Shown: positions 1 through 13,746 of the stretch, in pieces
Layout: each line of letters starts with the position of its first letter
How positions within the stretch are numbered: the first letter of the stretch is position 1
Assembly (NCBI RefSeq): GCF_009914755.1
Contig: NC_060929.1
DNA: 64,000 bases
Strand: one strand, 5' to 3'
From: the human T2T-CHM13v2.0 reference genome, Homo sapiens
Notes under the pieces: model-generated
Told to the model about the DNA's origin: nothing
The model's input: only the letters and a program-made list of their open reading frames with translations
The model's database searches: none
Made by a program: the position numbers and the translations under genes

Positions 1-414
1 TTTTTCTTTTACTAAAATATAAGCAACATGATAGGAAGGACTTGTCTGTCTTGGGCTCAACTATATCTCTGTTGTCTTCTATAGTGCCAGACATTGAGGA
101 AATATTCGTTGACTATTCAGAAAAATCTCAAGATGCCAGTCAAGGAACCAAGTCTAATTCTGTTTTAGTTTCTGCTGTATGGAAGGGAGTCCATTTTCCT
201 CAATTTTCTGATATGTTTGCCCTTTCTTTTGTTGGTGTGAATTAATATTTATTTTAAAAGTTGAGTAGTCCCATTTATGTGTATTTAACGTTATACGCTA
301 CCTCAAATCTTTTAAAAAATATAGTATACCACAAATAAATGATAAATAAGAAACAAATCAGTGTAATGTACTTGCAGATACAATTTGAATTTTCTTTCCT
401 TAACTTATGATGTC

Positions 415-1123
<709 letters not shown>

Positions 1124-1165
1124 CTATTGTGTACATAACAATAGTTTAAAGATACTAATACAATT

Positions 1166-1558
<393 letters not shown>

Positions 1559-1699
1559 TCAGAAGAGTATGATGATTTGAGTTTGGGTAAACATAGCATA
1601 GAATTGTGGACATTCTTCAGGTGAAGATCTAAGGAATAATCTCGTGTAGTGGGTGGAGATTTGGTTAGGGACAGCAGAGAGGGTTGGTTTTTTGGTTAT

Positions 1700-1995
1700 G
1701 GCCTTTGCTGTGTGATTTAGGTGGTTACTTAAGTTTACTGACCTCTACTTTCCTAATCTTTAAATTGACAATAATAAGAATGGCTAATATGCATTAGTAG
1801 CTTATAATGTACTTAGATGTTTTATCTTACTTAAACCCCATACTACCAAGTCCATTAGAAAAGTAGTATTATTTCCGTCTTACAGATGAGCAAACTGAGT
1901 CACAGCCAAATTAAATAATTTGCTCAAATGATAAAGCTAAGCAAGTATTAACCTTGACATTACAGCTGCACAGCAGACTGACTCTACATCCCAGT
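1700..1995. mobile_element. MIR fragments
   Basis: MIR core-like words (gctgtgtgatttagg...; ttacagatgagcaaactgagtcacag). Confidence 0.6.
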
Positions 1996-2421
1996 CACTA
2001 AACAAACACTCTGTACTCCCTTTCCACCTGTATTACTCCATTCTAACGCTGCTATAAAGAACTACCTGAGACTGCGTAATTAATGAAAAGAGGTTTAATT
2101 GACTCACAGTTCCACAGGCTGTACAGGAAGCATAGCTGGGAAGCCTCAGGATACTTATAGTCATGGCAAAAGGCAAAGGGGAAGCAAGCACATCTTCACA
2201 TGGCAGCAGGAGAGCAAGCAAGCCAAGGGAGAAAGGCCACACACTTTTAAACCATCAGATCTCATGAAAACTCACTCACTATCATGAGAACAGCAAGGGG
2301 GAAATCTGCCCCCATGATCCAATTCTGTCCGGAATTGGTGGGTTCTTGGTCTCGCTTACTTCAAAAATGAAGCCGCAGACCCTCATGGTGAATGTTACAG
2401 TTCTTAAAGATGGTGTGTCCG

Positions 2422-2725
2422 GGCTGGGCGTGGTGGCTCACGCCTGTAATCCCAGCACTTCGGGAGGCCGAGCTGGGCAGATCATGAAGTCAGGAGATCA
2501 AGACCATCCTGGCTAACATGGTGAAACCCCTTCTCTACTGAAAATGCAAAAAATTAGCTGGGCATGGTGGCACATGCCTGTAGTCCCAGCTACTCAGGGG
2601 GCTGAGGCAGGAGAATGGCATGAATCTGGGGGGCAGAGCTTGCAGTGAGCCGAGATCTCGCCACTGCACTCCAGCCTGGGTTAAAATAGGGAGACTCTGT
2701 CTCAAAAAAAAAAAAAAAAAAAAAA
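2422..2725 (+). mobile_element. AluY-like SINE inside LTR12
   Basis: Full dimer, poly(A), TSD aaa(g/a)atggtgtgtcc. Confidence 0.95.
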
Positions 2726-2960
2726 TGGTGTGTCCAGAATTTGTTCCTTCAGATGTTCAGACGTGTCCGGAGTTTTTTCCTTCTGGTGGGTTCGTGGTCT
2801 CGCTGACTTCAGGAGTAAAGCTGCAGACCTTCGCAGTGAGTGTTACAGCTCATAAAGGCAGCCTGGACCCAAAGAGTGAACAGCAGCAAGATTTATTGCA
2901 AATGCTTCCACAGCAGGAAAGAGCACCCGACTTGGTTGCCACTGCTGGTTCAGGTGGCCT

Positions 2961-3260
2961 GCTTTTATTCCCTTATCTGGCCCCACCCACATCCTGCTGA
3001 TTGGTCCATTTTACAGAGAGCTGATTGGTCCATTTTACAGAGAGCCGATTGGTCCGTTTTGACAGAGCGCTGATTGGTGCGTTTACAAATCTTTAGCTAG
3101 ACACAAAAGTTCTCCAAGTCCCCTACCCGATTAGCTAGACACAGAGCTCTGATTGGTGCATTTACAAACCTTTAGCTACACACAGAGTGCTGATTGGTGC
3201 ATTTACCAACCTTTAGCTACACACAGAGTGCTGATTGGTGCATTTACAAACCTTTAGCTA
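2961..3260 (-). promoter_or_regulatory. LTR12 promoter module: TATA-like AATAAAAGC plus CCAAT (NF-Y) array, pointing leftwards
   Basis: gcttttatt at 2961-2969 and repeated gattgg motifs; ERV9/LTR12 U3 promoter architecture is established, activity of this copy is unknown. Confidence 0.6.
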
Positions 3261-3890
3261 GACAGAAAAGTTCTCCAAGTCCCCACCCTACCTGGAAGCC
3301 CAGCCGTCTTCACCTCTCAATGGCACTGGCCAAGGGACTTTGAGGCACCTAGCCCGGGGCACTCCAGCAGCCCAGAGCGAGCTCCTCCCAGGATCAAGCC
3401 CAGCAGGTGCCAGCCGGCGGCAGGGAGTGCGGGGCCTGCTGAGTCCATGCCCACCAAGAGCCTGCACCAGCCCACAAGCCCCGCACGCAGCCCCGGCTCC
3501 CACTGGCACCTCTCTCTCCACACTTCCCTGTGAGCAGAGGGAGCCAGCTCTGGCCTTAGCCAGCCCCAGAGAGTGGCCGCCACAGCGCAGTGGCATGCTG
3601 AAGGGCTCCTCGAGCGCGGCCAGAGCAGACGCTGAGACCGAGGAGGTGCCAAGAGCAAGCAAGGGCTGCTAGCACGTTGTCACCTCTCACAATCACCTCC
3701 CACCAGGTCCCTCCCCAAACATTGGGAATTATAATTCATTGTGAGATTTGGGTGGGGTTACAGAACCAAACCATGTCATCAGTCACTACCCTAACAGCCT
3801 GTTTTGCCAAAAAAAAAAAAAAAAAAAGGACAGTATATGTGACTCTCATAGCAGAATAAATGCTATGTGGTGAGATCTCATTAAATATAA

Positions 3891-4191
<301 letters not shown>

Positions 4192-4251
4192 TAAATATAG
4201 TATTATTTCTTATTCTGGGGACTAATAAGGAGGCCAGAGAAGAAAGTACTG

Positions 4252-4502
<251 letters not shown>

Positions 4503-4627
4503 TCAGATTTAATTAAATGTTTGGTTTAAAAAAATTGTACAATACAATAATTTATATATTAAAATTGCAAAAAAAGACATGCCATTAGGTTATTTCTCAT
4601 AATCAACCAGCTAATTAAAAGCAGAAT

Positions 4628-4748
4628 TTTCCTTTTTCCTTCCATACCTCCCTTCCTCCCCCCACTTTTTTCTCCTTTTCTCCCTTTCTTTTTTCTTTCC
4701 TCCCTAAGTCCCTGTCTCCCCCCACTCCTGTCTTTTTTTTTTTTTTTA
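4628..4748 (+). repeat. CT-rich low-complexity tract ending in poly(T)
   Basis: Nearly pure pyrimidine run. Confidence 0.85.
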
Positions 4749-7700
4749 CTTCTTTTCACATGTAGGGTATGTTGGAATGGCATATACTTGTGACAGGGGT
4801 ATATGCTACATGTAACATTATTAAAGTCTGAACATCTAAGTTTATGAACTCCTGTTGAAGCTGCTGCAAATTTGGTGAACCAGTAACAATTGGAACATGA
4901 TTTGGAGTTGGGTCGCAGACAGCTGGAGGTGGGGATCTGAGGTGGAAAAAGAAAATCACTGTATGGCAGCAAACTAGATGACTGTACACCTGCCATAAGG
5001 ATGGGGGCCAAATGAACCAAGATGGCATCCTGGTACTCAGGAGTGAAAGAGAAAACAAATATCTATTAGAAGTGTGCAGTGTAGAAAATGTTATATACTG
5101 ATGGTAAACTTAAGAGTAGGTGGTGGCATGTAAGATGGCAGTGCAACGTGGTTATCACATCTCACAGCTGAGGGGGGTTAGCAGAGTTGTCTGCACAAAT
5201 TAAAAAATGGAAGGTCATGGCTATTGTGGATGCGGTCCTACAACAATCTTATACTAACATAGGCTATAATTTAAAAAGCAGCTCTGAGAACCTATGTTGA
5301 CTCTTAAAAGATGACCAATAGCAGAGATGAATTACTTCATAGCTCTCTGTAGTCCATTCCTGGAATGTTTCAAAAATGCTGAAAGAATTATCCAGCATGA
5401 GAGATAGTGTTAAGCCAAGAAGTTTCTGGTGAGCATTTAAATGACTTCTGTACGGTAGTGCTGGGCAGGAGCAACTAAACATTATTTCCTGATTTTTATG
5501 AACTAGGTGGGTAATTGGACAGAGTCCATGTCATAGTGTCATAAGCTTGAATGATGCTTTTATTTCAGTTGTGGTCCTGTGAATCTTAAAAAACTTGACA
5601 TATTATCAATTTGCCTGCAGTTTTTCCCAGGTAAACCTTGGTATAGGATCATCTGATTTTTTTATAATCTGTTAATATTGAGGTATATTTTTGGTTGACA
5701 TTAAGTCATTGTGAAAAACATTATAAAACTGCCATTTCAACTGTGACTAAAAATACAAGGTAGTAACAATTTAGCTTGTTTTTTAACACAAAAAAAAGTA
5801 AAAATTTAATTTATAAGTGAATGATCTCCAAATTGGTGAGATAAGGAAGAAGAACATATTAATGCATATTTAATTCAATTTAAAACACTAATTAGCTTCG
5901 TCTGCGGCTTTTGCTTGGGCATTAGATGTAAACCTTTTCAAAAACCAGGATAAAATAAAATGTTGCATGTTTGCATTAAAATTTTCTTTTATTATAAACT
6001 GAATTTCTATGCAACTTTTAATTCTAAAAAGCACAGTGATTAACTCAGTTGACGAAGTATAGGCTTGTAACACTTATTTTTCTTGTGTGAATTAATTTTT
6101 GAGTTGTGCAAGAATACACTAAGTACACTAATGCGTATATATTTCAGCTTTGGAAATTGAAATAACACAAAAATAATACTTTTTACGTGTTACAAAATCA
6201 AATCCCTTCTAACCACAAGTGAATTAGAGAAATTTTATAGTTTTGTGCTTTTGTGGATGGGGATTTCTAATGAAGAGTCTGACAGTCTTTGTTACCCAGA
6301 TGGGACAGAGTGATGTTTCTAAACAAAACATCTCTTCTCCAGGGTCTAAGGGTCTAAAGGTATTATTTTACCTAATGAAAAGTGAAAAATAAAAGAATTA
6401 GAACTAAAAGTTATGTAACTGAGGTACTATGGCTTTTGTTAAAAACAAAATTAATATATGAAACAATTAGCAAGCATAAAAATAAACCCATGAACAGAAT
6501 CTATTCTTAGATTAAATTCGTTTACCTAAATTTTAGTATCAACCATATTGACATCATGGAGAACTGTCAAGAGAGCTGACATTCTTAGAAGACATAACAT
6601 CACCTGTAACCTTTAAAGAAAGCTGCTTTGTGAAAATCCCTAAAGGCAGAGTGGTCAGACTGGCATTTGTATAGCGTGGTGGGAGATGTTAAAATAGCAA
6701 CACCCGGAATCCTTTCAAGCAATTTTTATGCCATGGACACTGAGGCTTCTGGAAAGAAATCTATAAGCAGTGATTTGTCACCACTTATGTAAAGTGAAAT
6801 AATTTCAGACTTTTTTTTTCCAGATCAGAAAATGCTATACTCAAAGTGAATAATAAATCAAATTTCAATTTTTCATCTTGATATATACATCTCTGAGGAT
6901 TTTATTTTTAAAGCTAACATTTATTTCTTCATTCTCTATAGAACTAAAGTTCAATTTTATAACTTTGCAAAATTTTCAATCACTTTATTCAGTGTAACAA
7001 TTACAAATGCAACATATTTGTAATAAAACTGTCAACCATGGTTCAATTCAAAATGTATCATGGGGAAGTCACACTTCTGAATTGGGAAAAATCTGGTACT
7101 TTTTGTAAGAAGCAATGAAGGTAGACTCACAGGACACAAAGTATCTAATAATAACTTTCCCACACTCACTGCAACTTGAAATCCAATTTTCATAATTATA
7201 CACCAAATTTTAAGAATTCTTCTATTGTCTCCACCTTTTAGAACTAACATTGGTGTACAACTTCTTTTCCTTAACTGTCGTCTACTCTTAGAAAAAGATT
7301 AAATTACTGCATATTGCATAAATAGAGAACTACCTACTAGTATTTGACCCTAAATCAGCTGTACTTTTTACCATCAATGGGCCTTTTGAGAGCATTGTGA
7401 CTCCCATGGTTATTGTGTGTATGTGTGTGTTTGTATGTTTGTGAGATATAAAAATGAGATTATCCTTCTCCAAACCATCCAACACATCTCTTGGAAGACT
7501 TGTACATACTCTATTTGTTACATGCTTTATAATTCTGAATATAGTCTGTAATTATTTACCAAGGCTATAACCTTAAGTTTATGTATCAGAGATTTAATTT
7601 CATTGCTTTGTTCAAAGAAGTCAAGATTATAATAGTTTTTAATGTAGATGGAGAGTAATTATCTGTGAGGTACTGGCGTTCTCACAGTTGACATTTTGTG

Positions 7701-10542
7701 TTATAAAAGGAAAAACAGTCTGAAATTACTGATGATCTTTTTCTACTTAAACCAGCAAAATGATTTACTTGGATATTGATAAGATTAAATAAATATGAAA
7801 AAAATTGAATGTGGCAATTAAGCAAATATATTTCTGGCTAGAGTTGAAACCATAGTTTACTTAATATACATATGTACAGGTTTACTGTTTGAATGCTATC
7901 CCTTAAAATAAGCTACTATTTGTAATTTGCATATTTGTGTCTCCTTCTAATCACATTTTAAGTTCTTAGAGGGTAGAGATCTGATTTTGTGTATGCTTGA
8001 ATCCCTGTTAAAACAGGGTTTTCTGTGTAGAAGGCATGCGATTGTCAAAGAAGTAAAATTCACCTTGTGATTCTGTACATTTGCTAAGTCATGCTGTGGG
8101 TGATTTGGTTGAGTATTGGGAGTTGCTGAGTTTAAATATTAGGACATGGTAAGATTAATTGTAATAACCTCATGTTTTTTCAAGTAGCTGGGCAATAGGC
8201 ACACCAGGCCATAGTAATCCTGTGTAGAAATTTCCCTGGTGAGCAATCCATCCATGGAGGATAAGTTTAATTACTGAGTCTTCCTTGCCTCTTTGTTCAG
8301 TCTAAACTTGAGTTATATATAATTTATTGTGAAGATATATTATCTGGGAAGTTTTCCAGATTCATCTTTAAAGAATGGGACTTCCTAATATTATGATTCT
8401 TTAGGGCAGCTTCTTACACTGGAAATAAGACTAGCAGCAGTAGACTACATTAATACTACAAGATAGATTGGAAATTTTTTTAGATTGAAATCCTTTAGGA
8501 ATCATACTGAAAATTTCTTGTGAGTGGAAATTATTCAAAACGTTGTGTTTTCTGTTTTCTGGCTAAAGTTTTAGTATAGTAAATCTATTACTGTTGTTAA
8601 GACAATAATTTAATTTTGATAAAGGATTCCATTTACTGATAACACACAATGTTTTGAAACATTTATTAAATCAGGTTACACAGTTTCAGAAGTGACTTGT
8701 TTAACATCAAAAACAAATTGTTGCATACTAGGAAATTCTTTATCCTCTTGAGTTGGATAATGTAGAATGTCATCTTGTTCTTAGATAATAGTGACACAAA
8801 CTGATCGTTTTTAGTTCTCCTGGCAGAAGGAAAAATCTATGCTAGAATTTACACATTAGTAGAGTCACTTTCTGAGATAAGATTGCATAATAAAGAACAG
8901 CCTTTGCTTAATATATTTTAGTTTTTGTCTTCTTACAAGTTATATACACACATTGCTTTAGAGAGTACATATTGATCCTATGGCAAACTTTTAATTCACT
9001 AAGTTACTTGCTTTGTGAAGGTCATTATGACCGATCTATGAAAGAGAGAGTGATTTTTCATAACTGACTTTGAGACAGCTATATCAACTCTTTCTTTTTT
9101 GGCATTGAAATAAGACATAAAATTCAAAGAGAGGCAACTGGCCTGATCTACTTTGATGTTTTCTACCCTAAATCTCAGTCTTTTGAATCTTAAACTTTTG
9201 ACCTGACCGTGATTTCTGATACGCTTGGACATACTTCATGCATTCTCGGTTCCACTTCAATAATTCTAATCATTAAAAACAATGCTGTTTTCCTCCAATA
9301 GAAGGGGACTTAGAAGCAATTAGTTTGACCAACAAATTGTATTGTTAGAAAATGAATATTTTTATTTTCAGGATTGTTTCAGATGGTTTTTATTCTTTAT
9401 TTCATATTATACTTCTAGTCATTTAATTTTACCTCCTACTCTTTGCAATATTGAAATGTAGTACTGAAATGTAAGATATAATACTAGTGGAATAGTTGGG
9501 AAGATCTACTGGAAAACAGTAAATATATTGTGCATATTTAGAAAAATATCCTGAAGAGCAGGAGTTGTGTATCTGAATGCGAATGACAAAATACATGTGT
9601 GCCTATAGAAGGTGGTAGAAGAAACTGACTCCAGCTATATTAGAGAAGTTATGAGTATTGGTTATGTACTTTTGCTTGTCTGTATGACTTGATTTTTGTT
9701 GAGTGAGCCTGCATTGCTTCTGTAAAGTAACTTAACTCTGCTTCCATTCGTCATATCTCAAGGGAGTAAGTATGCAGAGAAAGAAGGCCTAGTCCTAGAC
9801 TTTGCAAGATACCTCAAATGAAAGATGAAAGACAGAATTGGGCCTGAGAAGGAGATTGAAAGTATCACAGGGAGTATATCAGTGGGCAAGTTACGTAAAT
9901 GTGAGCACACACTCACATAGTTTTTCTCAAATGATATAACACAACCAAATATTATTCTGCTCACATACTAAACAAAACAGTACTTTGAGAAAAAGACTCA
10001 GCTAATAATACTCAAATGTTCTATAAATATTCACAATGGTCTGCAAGCTGGATGCTGATTCATTCTGCCTAGTAGTTTATTCCACTGTGACTCCTTTCAG
10101 TGCAAAGAAAAAGATACTTGACCGGGCAGACAGGATCAGCGTGATGTAAGTATTGGTAGGTGCATAAAAGAATGTCACTGCTTTGAGAATAAAGTCTTAC
10201 CTCATTTCAGTTTCACAATATTTTTAAACATTCTGTAATCTTGGTCAGTGTATGGTTCCATATTTGCAGTTATAAAGTGTTATATTTACACATAAATTGC
10301 AGACTCAAGACATGGTGATCTTTCTGGCTGGCAGAAAACATTCACAAAATTTTAGAAAGATTGTCTGTATGGATGGATGTAGGAGCATCACATGGCAGGG
10401 CTGTGTGCCTAGAAGCCAGGCATAATTCAAAATTAGCATAAATCAAGAAAATTTTCTTAGAAGAATAAATGTAAACAGTAGATGCCTTCTTCAAATGCAT
10501 AGATAGTCAACTTTCTAGCATATCTTAAAAATTCTTTTTATT

Positions 10543-10838
<296 letters not shown>

Positions 10839-10916
10839 TCAGCATTTTTCTCGAAAAGACTCAGTGATCTCTCTAATATTAACATTATGGAGAATCCCAG
10901 TGGGTGAGTCACAGTT

Positions 10917-11643
10917 TGTATCAGTAAGAGTCCTTTCAGGAGACAGAATCCATAGAGTAATTAGAACAGGAAGGTTATAATAAAGAATTATTAACTGTAA
11001 CAGAGGATTGAAGTTATTAGGCATTGACTAGTAAGAAGAGAATTCTGAAGAATATAGTATTAATAGATACAAAGAACAGTGCCTTGCCCTAGGGATGAGA
11101 TAGTGGACCCGAGGCAGAGTTGCCACTCCATGGCTGAGATGCAGACCTTGTTGGAGAGGCACAGCTGTGGTTTACTGAATGTCATTGCACTGCTATGCTG
11201 GCAGACCTTACTAGAATCTGTCCTCTAGAACTTGTTAGAAATCTATTTATGACGGTGCTAGAGAAAGATGTTCGCTATGAAGTGCTTCTTCAAAAGGCCA
11301 TTAACAACAAAACCCTCGTGGGACAGGTGACTAGGGAAGCTGCTGACTGGCCCCTGGGTGTAGCTGAATCCCATACACAGCAGGAGTCAGGTGTGTTGGA
11401 ATCTTCTGTGCTGTAGGTGCTTGGTACTAGAGAAGCTGCAAGTGCTGCAGGAGGCTGCCAGTGAACACACCAGAACCTGGAAAGAAAACCTTTCTCATGC
11501 AGTGCCCTTAGAGCCCTCTTGACAAAGCTTAACATCATCTAGCTAGCAAAGGAAAAAATATTTAAAGAACCCTTATTTTTTATACAGCAGGAAATGAAGG
11601 ATGTATTTGGAGTTGAGGGAACAATAAGTTGATAACTGGCACA
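10917..11643 (-). mobile_element. Old ERVL solo LTR (LTR41-like)
   Basis: TG...CA termini; reverse complement begins tgtgccagttatcaacttattgttccctcaactccaaat, resembling LTR41-family starts. Confidence 0.6.
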
Positions 11644-11745
11644 GCCTTTATCTTTATATATAGTTTTACCTCTAAATTGTTACTACCAAATTCCTGATTT
11701 GCAGGTTTTTTTTCTTCTCAGTAGCACCAAGCAGCAATATGGCCA

Positions 11746-12399
11746 TTTTGGGATTCAGAATACTATACTTCAAACTAAAGGCTTAAGAAGCAGTCTCAGA
11801 AGCAAACTTTCTCTATGACCTTCTCCTGCTTTACTGTCTGTCACCCCTCATTTCCTTTTTCCCACTCTCGCTTACCCTGCTCCATGACCCACAGAAACTA
11901 GAATTCCTTTTCTCCTAGGCAGGTCATAGAAACCTGAACCCATTTTTCTTTTCAAAGTCAGCCATAAAGTCTAAAAATGTTATTCTAACTATCTCTTTCT
12001 CCACCTTTCTGTGTAACAGCTGGCCATAAAGAAATTAAGGCCCTCCTTCTAGAGGAGTCCTACCCTATACCTAGAGGGTAGGAATGCTACACAGAGAGGC
12101 CAAGAAAAATCTGAGAGACAGGCCTTGGTGAGCCCCCCTACTCAGTCTATTGGCATTAGATCATACCCTTTACTTCCAGTCATATTTCTAAAGGGCTGCC
12201 CATTCTTCATTGAACCTAAGCATAAAAATAGTTTTCCTTGTATCTTTATGTCTTCATTCTGAAGACTCCTGTATCTCATAAAACTATGATCAAATAAATT
12301 TGTTATACTTTTCTCTTATTAATCTGTCTTTGTCATAGGGGTGTTGGCTGTGTCCCTTAGGATAGAGAGGAAAGGGATTATTCCATTTCAACCCTTGCA
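11746..12399 (+). mobile_element. 5' LTR of MER31/MER67-like ERV1 provirus
   Basis: Co-linear diverged direct repeat of 23057-23688 (e.g. agaaactagaattcct, cattagatcatacccttt, cctaagcataaaaatagttt). Confidence 0.88.
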
Positions 12400-12403
12400 A
12401 TTC

Positions 12404-12421
12404 TGGCAACAAAGGTGAGAT
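12404..12421 (+). other. Retroviral primer-binding site, tRNA-Ser(GCT)-type
   Basis: tggcaacaaaggtgagat just after the 5' LTR versus expected TGGCGACGAAGGTGGGAT; 3 mismatches, two of them CpG decay. Confidence 0.6.
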
Positions 12422-13115
12422 GGTGGTGACACCTGACTCATTCCAAACTATGCAGATAAAATTTTAAGACAACTTATAAAAAGCTGGCAAAAAAGATAGG
12501 AATTTGTATCAAGATCAGTTCTCCAGGATCTCTGTAGTGCCCAATCAAGAATGGAAGGTAAAAGTTGCTCTTTATTCCCCACCACCCCCAACCTTTTTTT
12601 TTTGTTTGTTTTCCCCAAATTCAGGGTGACAGAAGAAAACCATTGGTCTGGATTGTGGCTCTGGGTAAATTTGGTTTTAGTATTCCCATTTGTTATTGAT
12701 CCTTTTGCTCTCATGGACACTTACCATTTTCCTCTTTGTCTCATTTGGTGTTCTGAGAACTTGGCTTAGCTTGCTGCCTGTAGGGGGCATGCAGGTTACT
12801 GGATTTGTTTGGACAAGCAGTCAACTGAAAAGTTGGGGCGCCCATAAAAAGAATATGGTTGACAGGAATGTGTGTTGAACTCTATTTGCAGCTAGCATAC
12901 TAATTATTGTTAGCCCTCAAAGAGTTTCTTTTAATTGTCTTTCGTGGTGGCTATGGATCTTGTGAGGACCTCTTATTTTGCACTTCTTTGAGTGTGTCTC
13001 ATAGATGTTTGGGTAAGTCATAAAAGGCTTATTGGCTTTGGTTCTGTAGATACTTTTGATTTAAAAGAAAAAAATAAAACAAATGTCAGAAATATTTTCT
13101 GTTTTCTCCAGCTGA

Positions 13116-13534
<419 letters not shown>

Positions 13535-13746
13535 TAAAGAAAATAAATCTATTCACCTCATGGTTAGGCAGGCTGTACAAGAAGCACAGCACCAGAAACT
13601 TCTTGGCTTCTGATGAGAACCTCAGGCTGCTTTTGTTCATGGTCGAAGGCAAAGGAAACCTAGTGGTTACAGAGATCACATAGCAAGAGAGGAAGCAAGA
13701 GAGACGGGAGGAGGTGCCAAGCTCTTTTAATAACCAGCTCTCAGGG

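Larger units (their letters stand above)
2324..3689 (-). mobile_element. LTR12 (ERV9) solo LTR, LTR12C/D-like
   Basis: Termini tctgtccggaattggtggg...gttgtcacctctca, tandem ctgattgg (CCAAT) repeats 2996-3250, GC-rich U3, 4-bp TSD CAAT at 2320-2323 and 3690-3693. Confidence 0.95.
2029..3778 (-). mobile_element. MSTA-like MaLR solo LTR split by an LTR12 insertion (parts 2029-2323 and 3690-3778)
   Basis: tgtattactccattct...gctgctataaagaactacctgagac start and gagatttgggtgggg...aaaccatgtca end; consensus resumes at caatcacctcccaccagg. Confidence 0.9.

Noticed and set aside
2996-3265. Regularly spaced ~20-40 bp repeats resembling a CRISPR array
   Set aside because: They are the normal CCAAT-containing tandem repeats of the LTR12 U3; no unique spacers, no cas genes, eukaryotic DNA
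3300-3690. GC-rich stretch as a CpG-island promoter
   Set aside because: It is the GC-rich U3 of LTR12 with many decayed CpGs
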